A stretch of DNA of 64,000 bases, from positions 26,352,001 through 26,416,000 of the forward strand of contig NC_087245.1 of NCBI RefSeq assembly GCF_037042905.1, in the 5' to 3' direction. A program made the translations under genes and the position numbers. Shown here in pieces: positions 25,735 through 39,149 of this stretch; within the stretch, counting starts at the first letter, position 1; every line of letters starts with the position of its first letter. The notes beneath the pieces are model-generated. The model had not been told where the DNA came from. It searched no databases and worked only from the letters and a program-made list of their open reading frames with translations. The DNA is from Lytechinus pictus. Its lineage: Eukaryota.

Positions 25735-26374
25735 GGGGAGCGTTTCATCAACATTTTTGTCCGACAAGTTGTCTGGGGAGTGTTTCATCAAGATTTTCAT
25801 CCGACAAGTTGTCAGATCTGACATCTTTCTCTGATGTTGATTGGCTGAGAGGTACTGTTACTATGGTAACTGTCGGATAAAATGGGACTTGTCGGATAAA
25901 ACGTCCGACAAGTCCTTTCATGAAACGCTCCCCAGATCTGACATCTTTCCTTGATTCTGATTGGCCGAGAGCCACTGTTACTATGGTAACTGTCGGATAA
26001 AACCGGGGGGCGTTTCATGAAAGGACTTGTCGGACGTTTTATCCGACAAGTCCCATTTTATCCGACAGTTACCATAGTAACAGTACCTCTCAGCCAATCA
26101 ACATCAGAGAAAGATGTCAGATCTGACAACTTGTCGGATGAAAATGTTGATGAAACACTCCCCAGGACTTGTCGGATAAAACGTCTGACAAGTCCTTCAT
26201 GAAACACTCCCCAGGAGTGGATACCCGCGGAGCGTTTCATGAAGGGACTTTGTCCGACAAGTTCTGTTTTATCCGACAATTACCATAGTAACAGTACCTC
26301 TCAGCCAATCAGAATCAAGGAAAGATGTCAGATCTGACAACTTGTCGGACAAAAATGTTGATGAAACGCTCCCC
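25735..26374. mobile_element. Four copies of a ~160-bp Harbinger-like MITE, two nested inside the first
   Basis: GGGGAGYGTTTCAT...ATGAAACRCTCCCC termini; copies at about 25735-26212 (split), 25775-25933, 26005-26163 and 26227-26374. Confidence 0.85.
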
Positions 26375-26375
26375 A

Positions 26376-26649
26376 GGGCTCCGTCTTACAAAGAATTGCG
26401 ATTGATCCGATCAACCCATAGAGACATCTCTATGGATCAACCACAACTCCCCACAACTATGGATGGCCAGCAACGTCTACATCTAAAATGCAGATTTGTT
26501 CAAAATAATTTCTAGATATGATGTATATTCAAAATTCATTTTTCTCTTGAAGATTCAGTGTGATTCTTTTTGTTTACTAAGAAGACAAAATGGTATGGAT
26601 TGAGTTGAGATTGATTGGATCAATCGTCACTCTTTGTAAGACGGGGCCC
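26376..26649. mobile_element. Harbinger-like MITE
   Basis: GGGCTCCGTCTTACAAAGA...TCTTTGTAAGACGGGGCCC. Confidence 0.75.
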
Positions 26650-29600
26650 ATGCAGCGCTGTACTTTGGATCGATCACTGGCGTACATCTTAGGGCAATGA
26701 CCGCCCCACACCTACCTCAAAATATCTACCACTAAAAAAAGGAGAAAGAAGGGGGGAAAAGGAAAGGTATAATATTGTTTTCTGAAAACTATGGCAATGT
26801 CTATCATGAAATTAGTTTTTCTTGTAGTGCTCAATTGGGGGTAAGCTGCCTATGAACCGAGAACATCACACTTTCAAGCAATTATATTGTCAAAGAAAAC
26901 TTTTGGATTGTTGGAGAATATCGACAAAACGACAAATCTCGGTCATTAATGAATGACTCTGATTGAGAGAAGCATCTACGTGTGTGGTAGTACTATTGAG
27001 GAGCAGTTTCTCTCGCCCATCGCGCGAAGCGCGAATGCGCTCACGTCATCAATTCTGAAACCGTTTAAGGCAAATATGACTGTTTCTTGAAAGATATTGG
27101 TGTTGACCTTAAGAAAAAAAGACTAGTTAATGGGAAAAAGAAACATGCCAGAAATTATCAGGCCACGGTGCATCTAATTACGAGCGAGTAACCCAAGTGA
27201 GGAAAATAAGCTTTTTTTTTTCATGATGGAGTTTTCCCTCACTGACTTTTTAGCATAAGTGGATAGGCCTACGTTATGGAACCTATCATAAAACTTGAGT
27301 TCATCTGTACATGATCAAGTACAATGAATGAATCTGAAAAATCACCCGGCACCAGGATATTTTGATTGGAGGGAATGGAGGGGGGGGGGGGGCGTGAAAC
27401 GACCTATAAAACTGACGCCTTAATTATGATTATGGGGATAGTTACACAGCTCAGACCTCAATTTTTTACATTCTCCTTTCTTCCCTTCCCTCTCTTTCTT
27501 TGCTCCTCCCTTTTCTTTTCTTTACACTTTTCAACCTATCCCTGCCCCTCCTGTGGTTTCGCCCCTGAATACTTGCAGACTTGTACTGAGCAGTCCCAAC
27601 TGACATCAAGTCTAATAAGGTCATGCCCCCAATGTCATTACCACCTCGCTGACTCGCACCGAAACTCCATGTTCGGATGCAAACCAATGGCATAAATCCA
27701 TCATTGTGGAGCAGCAAAATGTAAATTCCTGCTGACGTTTCATTCTGCAAACACTAAATATGCTGCAGGTGTCATTATAGGGGAGGGTGGGGGTGGTTCT
27801 GGCAAAATAATTTAAAGGGAGCTTTGAGGACCACTCTTATAAAATCTCTCTCTTTTGAGGCAACTTCTTGCACGCATTCTTTTGGGGACTATTCTTGAAT
27901 CGCGGTAACCCCCAACAGGGGATCTTTAAAAGAAAATCACTTCATCAGGCCATAATTTAGTTGTTTCTTTCCGTTTTGCACTTGCAGGGGCATGGGCGGA
28001 AATCTGTCCCCAAGGGTAGGGGGACCAGGGGCTGGGAAATTTGACTTGCTATTTTTGGTAGGGGGACGCGTCCAGGGGAGTAATTCATCCTAATAAATAC
28101 TATTTTTTTCTAAATAACATACATGAATCAGAGAATTGCCTAACTCCCACTTACTATGCGTCGATGGTCTCTCGTATCCCGCAAAAGACGGATGTTACAG
28201 TGCTAATAATTTATTATAATACTAAAAAAGTCTGCTGTGCAAACCCTTAACTGGAGTTAAGGGTCTGAATGTGCAGCCTACTAATGCTTTGTGTACTGAA
28301 GGCCCCAAAAGCAAGTTTTGATCGCCTTCCTATGAATAGTTGTTTGGAAACCACTTCATATAATCATAGCTTGTATATTTTGCTTTGTCTACTTTATTTA
28401 CCAAACACATTGCCACATTCCTTTTTTTTTTGGGGGGGGGGGGGGTGGTGGGGGAGGATAAGTGGGTAGGTTTTTTTTTTTTATTATTATTATGGTTGTT
28501 ATTTTTTTGTGTAACTAAATTGTGTTTATGTGATTTGCAATCACCTATTAATCATTTGTAAATTTTGTGATTTATTTCAATTTGAATAATAAAAACAGAA
28601 TTATAAAAAAAGTTTTGATCGCCTTTGCATAGAGACCCACTTGTTGATCAAAGTTTCAATCGGGGTCTGTGCCTGCAGACTACTTATATACATCAGTAGT
28701 AGCCCAATCATTCCGGGAATCATCGTATATAGTAAATATATTTTAAATGTTTATTATTTTCAGCTACCACAGACGTCAGCTAGTGTATATGTCTTACAAA
28801 TTGCAGTCATAAATGTAAAGGTACATCAATGAGATGTGGAAAATCTCTATATATATTCTTTAATTAATCAAGTAACTTATTTATTTACTTTTATACAAAA
28901 CTTCGTATATACTGTCTAGTATTAAAAAAGTAATACATACGTCGTACGAATAATATACACCTGTTAACCCCCCCCCCCCCCCCCTCTACTAACATTCAGA
29001 TCATGTTGGAGGGAAGTGAATATCATCGGGGAAACAGCAAATTTGCATATTTAGCATGTTTCCTTGTCCTGTATTATCATTATCTATCAAACTTCAGGAA
29101 ATATCTTATTGCTGATATTGTCATAACCCAATGGATATGGCTTTAACGTTATTATGTTACCGGCTGCAGACATGCCGAAATTCTTTTCACCCATTCGGAT
29201 TTGATACTTGACCTTTATGTCTGCATATACTTCACTGCATGTTTGGGGGAGGGGTTGGAGAGGTCGGGTGAGGTTTGGTGAAATCTGTAACGTTGCCGAT
29301 GGGGGGGGGGGGGGGCATTTCGATCATTTTTCATGAAGCTGATCAGCACTAAGCAAACAGTCATTCTCTGTCAGTTGCCATGGTAACAATCAGAGACAAG
29401 TTTTGCTAAGCCAATTAAAACCAATGATTTCATATTGTCAGAGGTGACTAATTTCAAGAAACGGTCCCTGGCAAGCAATTCGATCTATACCCGTTATTTT
29501 GCTTTAAAAGTCCAATATGTACTCCTTGTCCTTTAACAGGTTTGGGGTCAGGGGAAGAGGGGGGGGGGGTAGAAACTAGAGTGACTAAGAACTCCTTATT

Positions 29601-30088
29601 GTTACCTTTTTTTACGTTTTAAGAACATTTGAGTAAATCATCCCACTTTCTGTGCCCCCGTTATTTATGAAATCCTGGATCTACCCCTGCCATCTGCATC
29701 ATCGTCTGCGCCGATATATCCCCAGAGAGAGATTCATTTTTTTAGTCAAAGGAAACTTTTGTCTTGTTGGTTTTCTCACTCCACCTACGCACTCCGTCTA
29801 TACTCTCACTCCTCTCAGTTTGCAAAATATTATTGTCTGTTGAGATTTTCAAAATTCTCAGAGTAACAACAGATCACTGGGAAAATTGTTGTTATATCTG
29901 AAATGGGATGTGACTTTGTCTGAATTGCTACGTCAGATAGTAATCTGTTGTGTGGTTTGGAAGACGTCTTCTTGAAAGGAAACAACCAACATTCTCGATC
30001 AACAAGGTAGGTTAAAATTGTTGATTATAATATTCAAGTTGGAATTTAATTTATTAATTTGTTTTTATGCAGTGATATCGAGTATGTA

Positions 30089-30504
30089 CGGTTTATTTCC
30101 GATTCGTCTTATGTCAATTCGCCCAATTGCCAACTAGTCTACTATCGTTTGGTCAACCATCAGTTCGTCCACTATCCACATGGTCAAATTGCCAATTCGT
30201 CCACTCACCATTTCGTCTAATAACCAGTTGGTCCAATAGCCATTTAGTCCATATACCATTTGGTTTAATTGGACTGAGTGTTAATTGTGCAAAGTGAATG
30301 AAAATGAAATGGATATTAGACCAACTGTTTACGAGACGAAATGGTGATTAGACGAAGTGATGATTGGACCAAATGGATTGGACCAAATGATTGTTAGACG
30401 ACCGAAATGTTGCCGGACGGAATTGCATTAGACTAAATTAAAGTAGACCATGTTGTGAGTGGACGAGTTGGCAGTATAGACGAATATTTTATTGGCAGTT
30501 TACC
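30089..30504. mobile_element. Foldback MITE built from short tandem motifs
   Basis: CGGT...ACCG ends; left half has reiterated (TTC/TTG)GTC(C/T)A motifs, right half has their reverse complements T(A/G)GAC(C/G)AA. Confidence 0.6.
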
Positions 30505-30642
30505 GTCATGACCGTATTGACTAGATTTTTCTCTTCTTGTCATTATTTTGGCCGTCTTTTTGATCCCTTTAATATGCCGTCCGAGACACTGAACCTTTCT
30601 TTATAACGTGTTTAAGAAAAATTTTGCGTATAAGAGTTTGCA

Positions 30643-30929
30643 GATATTATTATTACGGCCATCAGTTCCAATCAGTTATTCCCGCACACAATATATGCTC
30701 TTTCTCCACTCGATGGGGAGTGTTCCTGCCAGTCGTCGTTGGGCGCACATAAAGCTACAATGACGTTCACATTCTACCGGATAGGTATACTTTGGGTATA
30801 TGATAGCAGAGTGTGCATGCATGCTTATCGCCTTGCCAAAGGACGCTAGACCGCGATGAGATTCGAACACACGACCCTCTGATTACAAGGCGAGAGTCAT
30901 AACCACTGGCACTACACCACAGCTTCTCC
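30643..30929 (-). mobile_element. tRNA-derived SINE
   Basis: Minus-strand head GGAGAAGCTGTGGTGTAGT..GG (A-box-like), B box GTTCGAATC, CCTTTGGCAAGGC core, (TAA)n tail. Confidence 0.75.
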
Positions 30930-32169
30930 AAACTTTTTTTTCATAATAAAAGCTCTCCTTCCCGAAACCCCACCCCCTCCCTCTCCCTACTTTCAACAAT
31001 ATCCTACATCTATTTCCTTTAAATTTCATTTTTTTTTTTTTGGGGGGGGGGGGTTGTCGAGATGTATAGATTCGTTAATGTGGGTATAGAATAATTATGA
31101 ATAACTTTCCCCAACAAATTATACATGTACCAAGGTGGGTACATTATTTTATTGCACTCTAAACATGCTAAATCAAGGGTTTGAATGTTTTTGTTTTTGT
31201 CACATCGTTGTCGATATTACCAAATTTTCATTTGTGATACCCCTTTTCAATGTGGCGGGGGTGAAAGATTTCAAGTTTAATTCAATAAAAAAAAAATCGA
31301 TGCGATACATGATAATACCGCCATGCAGTGATTGATTAAAATGCTACCTTTTAAATCGATGATAAACCACCTTTATTTCTAAGGAGGTCAGAGTTTGGTA
31401 TAGATTATGATAAATCTAAATACAATGACAAGTGATGAAAGATATCATTGACTTTAAAGATACCAAATACAGTTAAACAAGCACTTAACACATCTTGGTT
31501 TTGACAGCGAAGCTAGTGAGGGAGGGGGGGGGGGATTTGGTCTGCATGAGGGGGTAGTAGGACCGTCCCCCTATTACTCTTTACTGATATTAAAAACAAG
31601 GATCGACCCGACGTTTTTAAACCTTAAAATGAATAACAAAACCTGAATTAAGCTCCATGTTGCTTTGCTCGATCCCCAATGTATATGTTTCAAACAGTTT
31701 ATGTATACCCCCTTCCTTTATAGGCTTAAGGCTCAAGATTCTGCGTTCGGCCTGTGGGATTGAAAGGGGATGGAAATAACTTCGATCTTTGATCAATGTG
31801 CTCAAAACCTGATGTAAAATATGTGGCTTATTTTTCACAAAAGATTTATTATGCAGGTACAGAGTGGGGTTTATGCAAATCACGTAGTCGATGATGTCAC
31901 GCGCCCACTTTTTCTTTTATATTTCATAACGTGCCATGTTAAATCGTTCAATATAATAGCTTCGGTGCATTATAATTATCATTGTTTTTAAAGGTCACTT
32001 CTTCCCTATTTAACATCCACTGGTATTGGTAAAGGTTTCAGCGTTCTACTTGCTTTGATTGTTCTCTATTAATGTCATTCAAATGAGTTTATTGTTGAGA
32101 TGCACTTGACTTTCAAAGAGCCAATGAATTACATGTATGTACAACATAGCATACACGCGGGTGTGTTAA

Positions 32170-32666
32170 AGGACAAGTCCACCCAAACAAAAAGTTAATT
32201 TGAACGTTATGACATTTAAAAGTTCGCTTAATTTCACAAAACAGTTATATGCACATCTTGGTAGGTATGCAAATTGGCAGACTGATGACGTCACCCACTC
32301 ACTATTTCTTTTGTATGTTGTGAAACAAAGTTTTATTTCTCCCTGAACATGTGGAATTACCATTATTTTAACAGTTTATGGTTAAGTTAAGTTGGTCCTT
32401 CTTGTCAAATCTGTAAAAATTGAAATATTGTATTATTAAAAAAAAAAAATAAATAAATAAAAAATAGTGAGTGATGGACATCATCGACTCTCTCATTTGC
32501 ATATAACTGAGTTGTGCATTTAACTGTTTTGTGAAAAATAAGCGAAACTTAATAATGTCATAACTTTCTTATTTTAAATCCGATTTCGATGAAATTTGCA
32601 GCGTTATGTTTGTTTGATTTTTCTCTATCGATTCAAATCAACAATTTTCTGGGGTGGACTTGACCG
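32170..32666. mobile_element. Kolobok-type MITE, same family as 9967-10552
   Basis: TTAA|AGGACAAGTCCACCC ... GGGGTGGACTTGACCG|TTAA. Confidence 0.8.
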
Positions 32667-34919
32667 TTAATAATTACACCATAAATTTATAATGTTATTC
32701 AACCCCATTGGTGTATTCATACACATTCATATAAAACTATATGGTGCATTTTTCACACCTGGGATATGGTATTCTATCACATCACCCATTAGTGTTTATA
32801 AATTACACTAACACCTTAGTTTTCTACGATCTATCTTTCCCTGGTCGAATAATATTTGAAGTATAGGCCTACATCTCACAATGTCACCTTGATCTCTTAT
32901 GCAAATGAATCGAATAGATAACCAAATAAAAACAATTACCATTGTCATTTGGCGAAGAGATAGCGAGAGAGCAGAGACAATTTTCCAGTTCCACAGTGCT
33001 TGGTTTTTATTCAGGGGATTATTACAATTTTATATTGCACGCTTGTCGTCTCAAAACGAAGGTAACTAGCCTCAAAAACAAATTGCTACCAATATTGTGG
33101 CTGTAATTGTTGTTGTGTGTATGGTTTTATGATTAATCATATTGTTTCTATATAAAATATTTATGATCTATAATTGAGACAGGCCTGTGTGTCATATTGT
33201 ATAGGTTACACAACATAAGATTGAAAATGGATTATCTCATCATTAAAATAATGTCCAGCCTTCATCAGATCTATTGAATTTCTATTCCATGCGATAAAAG
33301 TGTGATTCTGCGCACAATGATTATGATTGGTGATAATAGACTTCGGCTCTATACATAAATACATTTGCATTTTGTCGGTAAACGACACATATAGCATGTC
33401 GATCAAATTTCCAGGGGGTGCGAGTATATAGCTGATAAAATCGGGGGTGCTTCCCGCATCCCAGGGCCATCATTTCATATTGAAGCAAAATGCTAGCCAA
33501 GTGTTGGAAGGAGTGATTACTATTTTTTACGAGACAACGTTGCATCCATAAAAAAAAAAAAAAAACAGGGTCGCAAACTTTTTTTCCATGGTTAAGCCAT
33601 GCAGGGAATAACTCTTCCCTGCATTTAAGCGGAAATTGCAGTTTCCTTCGCTGGCGCGTTTTTTCGATTGCGTAATGTCATGTGTGAATATGTTATTCAA
33701 CAGTTCAATGAATCAATGTCAATGTCCTACATCATTTTTGCTTTTTTATTGTTCTGCCTAATGTAACACTGTGTTTTAAAATGTCAATGTTTGGCATGGT
33801 GAAAACAAAATAAAACAAACCAACCAACAGGGAGAGAAATAGGAGTCGTTTATTTAATTTTGTTTCATTTTTATTTCCAGGAACACAATAGTAATAGTGA
33901 TCGGATCAAACTATACAGCAACATGTTTTGCGGATCGAGAGTCAAACATTGGCGGAAAAAAGGGGGAATAGACCGAGGCGTAAACGAGGCAAAATTTCTA
34001 TTAAAAAAGTATCGAGGGACCAACAAGTTTGACCTTTTGTATTGAAAATCTAATTTTGTGCTAGATTTTCTATAAAAAAAAATTATTCGCCCTTCTACAT
34101 TTCCTTTTACATTTTGTCTCTTTTCATTTCTTTCTTAGTCGTGGAAAATCTCGAGACAGAATCCCTGCTTGATAAATGATGATGATCACATAGATGAAAA
34201 TATTACTAAATTGAATATATTTATTGTGTCTTCCTGATATTTTCTGATCGAGGTTTTAAAAGGGCAGAAAACTTGACGTTTAGCAGGAGTATGCAGGGTC
34301 ACGTTAAAGTGCATGGGCAATGATTTGTTTAAATTTCCGACAAGGCCCCCATAAAAAAAAGGGGAAAAAAGAGGAAAAAAAAACGGGGCGGGGAGGGGAG
34401 GGGTTCTCACTCCAAAATTGTATACGCAAATATAGACTGAATTTGAAGCACATAAAAGAAAGAAAAGAGATTCTAAGTGGTAAATTTTAAAGTTTGTGTG
34501 AAAAGAGTTATGCACGTCGTCATGAATATTCATTAGATGGGCTGATGATGTCACCCTTTTCTTATGCTTTTACATGAAATCATAATTGTTTCATTTTTAA
34601 TACATGTGCGAGTGATTATGTCCCCCTTGTAATTAAATAAATAGCAGCAATGACTACGTAATGCACTTAAGCAGTTGTTATTCCAATATTTTTGGTTCTT
34701 GAAGGAATAAAAATGAATAAACCTAATTTCATATAATAAAATACAAAATAACAAATGGGGATATGACATAATCAGTTTGCTCATTAATGTTCATGAAGAC
34801 ATGCCTATATAGGCCTATAGAACTACTTCACCAGAATAATGCAAATTTTTAAAATGCCATGACTTTTTTGATCAAGTTTTCAGTGTTTTGTTTGTCTGAT
34901 TTTTCTTAATCTGTTTAAA

Positions 34920-35535
34920 TAATATTAATTTCAGCTTGGAGTAAAGTTCTTCATATTTGTTTCCACTCATTTAGACCATTCGTCGAATAGGTATATATAC
35001 AGCAACGTAGTGAAAAAAAGGAAAGCTCGCAAATATTGGATCACAAAATAATGATGAATAATATTTTTGTTCTTGCTTTCGTTTGCCGTTTTCTTTCTCT
35101 CCTAATATAGTAATTATGTCTAGGGGACGATTATTTTGTTCAGCTGTAGCCTACTATGATGCATTATAATCTTTGCTGTCATAAAGGATGATTTATGTTA
35201 GTAAGATTTTGAAAACGAATCATATTATTTTTGCATGGAGTACCCCTTTAAGGCCATTAAAAGTTCTTTTTTTCCCCAATCATTCAGACCATTCGTCGAA
35301 TGAGTATACAACAACGTATAGTTAGTGAAAAAAAGGAAAACCCGCAAATAGGCATATGGATCACAAAATAATGATTTTTTTTCTTGCTTTCGTTTTTCGT
35401 TTTCTTTCTCTTATATAATAGGCCTCTAGTAATTATGTCTTTAGGGGACGATTTGTTTACGGCCTAGCTATACTACGATGCATTATATTTTTGTTATCAT
35501 AAAGGCTGATTTATGTTAGTAAGATTTTGAAACCA
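34920..35535. repeat. Diverged tandem duplication, ~310-bp period, including a Kolobok-type MITE end
   Basis: AGACCATTCGTCGAAT...GGATCACAAAATAATGAT...GATTTATGTTAGTAAGATTTTGAAA present twice. Confidence 0.85.
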
Positions 35536-37249
35536 AAAGTGCACGCAAGTGTTTTCTCAACACACGAATATCAGTGGGCAAAATTATATATTTGAGGTTA
35601 AAGAAAAGAAATGTGATGACAGCGGTGAATAATGATGACGACTCAAATTAAGATGAACAAGATTAAGAACTTATACAGGCTATACGGGAGGGGGGTGAGT
35701 GAGTCATGATAAACCATTCATATTCAAAGGAATATATTTGTCTGTCCCGTTAAAGTAAAAATTTTAATTTCACTTCACCTCTAGGCCTATTCATTACGAA
35801 ATGTTATCCCTGTCTTTCCAATATATTTTCACTTATTTCATTGATTGATACCCCCCCCCCCCCCCGTTTTCCCCCAAATTGAAGGTCCTGTATCTAGTTT
35901 CATCAAGCCTTTTCCATCATATTTTTTCATTGAATCAACATAATAGAAGAGTTACCCCCCGGCCCCCCCCCCCATAGTGATGATAAAAAACACCCCTCCC
36001 CCATATGAAATAGGCTCATCTTGGTGGCTACTGCACCCGAAATTGCTCGGCTAGCTGCATAGAGATGTATACTCAGTGTCACTGAAACTAGTTTTGTGGC
36101 TCAAGCTCAACCTCACGGAATTCGCCTTGAACCAAGTCGACCATCTCCGTATATCAACCGAGTATCGATTCACTGCCCCTATATAGTGCCATTTTTTACT
36201 CATTATTTAGAAATGACAGGTACTTTCAAAGAATTTTTTTCTTATATTTTATGCCATCAGACCGAGCGTATCAAAATAAATAAAAAAGAAAGAAACATTT
36301 TTGCGTACTTAAAATACAAAGGCGTGCAGTTGCCCGGTTCCGTGACCAAAAGAAAAAAAAGAGAAAAGGGTGAAGTATGATATTATTTTCTGAATAATAT
36401 TATGTCGAAATCTGCGACAAAATTGGATTTTTATTATAATGTCGAAATTTTGCTCGTCCTCTTCGCTCTCTCAACTTTTTAGGCCTATATATCTTACCTG
36501 ATACGCCATGGACGCCATCTCGCCATCCCTCAACTTTTTTGGCTCATTATGCCAGTGTATTATTTGCCTAATTTCACTTTTAGAGAGGTAACATTATCGT
36601 GATGTGAGATAACACTGCATGGCCTCAGAACTTCATTGATGAAAAAAAAAAAACTGTCAGCCGGGCCCAGATCATCTCAAACTGATGGTGCAAGCTGGGT
36701 TCTGGAAATTTAGAACAATAATTATTGACTGAATTAACTTGAAGAAGGAATATCGAAGTGCTCACGTTCTTAAGTAATTAGTGCAGGTATAGGGCCTATA
36801 AGAATGGCCACGACCTTTTCTCTTCCAGCCGTCAAATAAAGTTGCAAAGCAAATAGTGACAGGCTCTTGCTTGACTGATTTTCTTTGATGGTTTGTTTTA
36901 AAAAAAAAAAATCTTCACTCCGAATGAAGGTGATTTTTGTCAAGAAAAATTTGACAAGCAAAAAAAAAAGAAAAGGTTCTCAATTCATAAAGAAGATTAT
37001 TTTGTCATGCCCGGTGGTAATTTTGTGATATATTCAGATATTTCACCAGTCCTTGATTTTGCTTTCAACTTCATTCTGCGGCCCTTGCTTAAGTTATAAT
37101 CTGCATTTTATTTTGTTCTGATATATTTGTATCATTGTATGCATCATCAGCCACCAGCCAAAATGTGGGAAACATAATAAAAACAACGAATTATTATTAT
37201 TATGCCTAAATTTATAGGCCTACATTGTACGGGGTCGTAATATTGAAGG

Positions 37250-37522
37250 TCGAGTTGTATAAAAGCAGCGCATATGAAAAACGGTACCGGTACGTACCGG
37301 TATTTGTATACATTACGGTACTGTATAGTGCATGCAGTGTATGCGCTATATATGCAGTGCGTCGCGAATTAATTGGAACTGCATCTGTCGACGAGCTAGG
37401 GCAACACTTTTGGGATTAACGTTCGTGTTAATTAACTTCGGAGAGTGACCAACCAAGTACAGGCCGTTAAACTTACTTTTACCTTTGCTACTTGAAAGTC
37501 AGAGGAAGTAAAATAATCAATC
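37250..37522 (+). promoter_or_regulatory. Probable SPATS2-like promoter/5'UTR
   Basis: CpG enrichment from about 37250 to 37750 around the first coding exon. Confidence 0.45.
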
Positions 37523-37547
37523 ATGCCGCGAAAGAATGCTGCTCAAG
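37523..37547 (+). CDS. SPATS2: SPATS2/SPATS2L-like, coding exon 1 (MPRKNAAQ)
   Basis: atcATG, 25 nt, GTAAGA donor (phase 1) compatible with exon 2; CpG-rich first-exon context; resembles the vertebrate SPATS2 start MSRKQNQ. Confidence 0.75.
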
Positions 37548-38024
37548 GTAAGATTCAGAAGATCAAAACAAAAGTTATATTAATCTCACAAGCCCGAATA
37601 GCCGAGGCACTGCCGCGCTGCTCTGCCTGCGCTCTGGCCGCTGTATGATAGACCTACCGTACCGGTACCTAATTAATGGCTATGCTGCTCTGGCCTGGAC
37701 CGGGTAGGTTATTCGCGTATTTGCAGCCTGGCTTAGTCGTGTGGAGGAAAAAAAAACGAATTTTTATTTACTTTAGTTTTATACTTTTTGCTCTTTTTAT
37801 GTAGTAGGCCTAACGTTAGACGTAATACTAATACCAAAGCTTTGGTCTCTGTAATTTTAAATATTGGTTGCTGGTTGTTCCGCTGAATTCTGTTGCTTGT
37901 TGTTGGCTCCACTCACCAATTACAGTCTACACTCCCAGAGACCGAAGTAACTCGGTCTGTATATAGTGTACAGCCACAGGGACTCAATGGCTATATATGT
38001 TTATGTATCAAGTTTGGATAAACC

Positions 38025-38843
38025 TAGCCTGGAGGCGTCTGGGGAGTAAAAATCATGGTACTATCGTACACTTACTCTCCAAACGCCTGGGTCGGGAAGG
38101 TATGCCTCGCTGTAGAGGCTAGCCTAGGATTACCCATGGTGATTTATTTAGGTCTAGTTTCACCAATTTTTATTTTTTGTAAAGCGCCAAAACTAAAGTA
38201 CATGGGCAAGTTTTATGTTTACCCCCATTTTTTATCAAATTTTCTAATTTTACTTGAATACTTATTTTTAAAATCGAAGAAATGCAAGTAATTTTTTAAT
38301 CCAAGTTGGCAGCTATACTGTATACAGTGTAGAGCTGCCAACTTGGATTAAAAAATTACTTGCATCTGCCGATAGATATCAGGAATTGTAAAATATTTGT
38401 TTTAATCAATAAATATCATATAAATTACTTTATGATATTTATCAACCGAAACAAATATTTTATTAATCGGCAAATGCAAGTATTTTTAAAATCTAAGTTG
38501 CAGCTCTGCACGCGTGTGGTATCTAGGTATCGATAACAAAAGAATGGAAAATTGCGACGTAAACAGACGGGGTAAGTGAATGCTCTTGCTCTTAATTTTC
38601 TTCGATTTTAAAAATAAGTATTCAAGTAAAATTAGAAAATTAGATAAAAAATGGGGGTAAACATAAAACTTGCCCATGTACTTTAGTTTGGGCGCTTTAC
38701 AAAAAATAAAAATTGGTGAAACTAGACCTAAATCACCATGGGAAATCCTAGCCTCTACAGCGAGGATACCTTCCGACCCAGGCGTTTAGAGAGTAAGTGT
38801 ACGATAGTACCATGATTTTTACTCCCCAGACGCCTCCAGGCTA
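38025..38843. mobile_element. Foldback element with ~260-bp TIRs, TAGCCTGG termini and 8-bp TSD GATAAACC
   Basis: TSD at 38017-38024 and 38844-38851; arms about 38025-38282 and 38597-38843; internal hairpins. Confidence 0.88.
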
Positions 38844-39149
38844 GATAAACCATGGAAGTGGGAGTTGCGTGACAGCTGAAGTAAGTCACTGTTTTTTCCC
38901 CTTTTAAGTTCATTTTTCCCTTTTTGGTGCATTTCAGGCCAAAACAGAATAATAATAATCTTTAATTTGGCCCAATTATGTTTATATAAAGACAAAAATT
39001 GATGAGCCCCATCAGGGAAATTTTGCATTGTTTACCCCTCCCCTAATGGCGACTGTAGTCACTGTATGATAGCGAGCCGTCTGTGTACGAGGAGAAATAA
39101 AAAATAATGTTAAAAAACTCCTTGAAACAGATGGCTGCCAGCTGTCTAT

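Noticed and set aside
25735..26374. CRISPR-like or regularly spaced repeat array
   Set aside because: The repeats are in both orientations, lack unique spacers and resolve fully into nested MITE copies; the context is eukaryotic.
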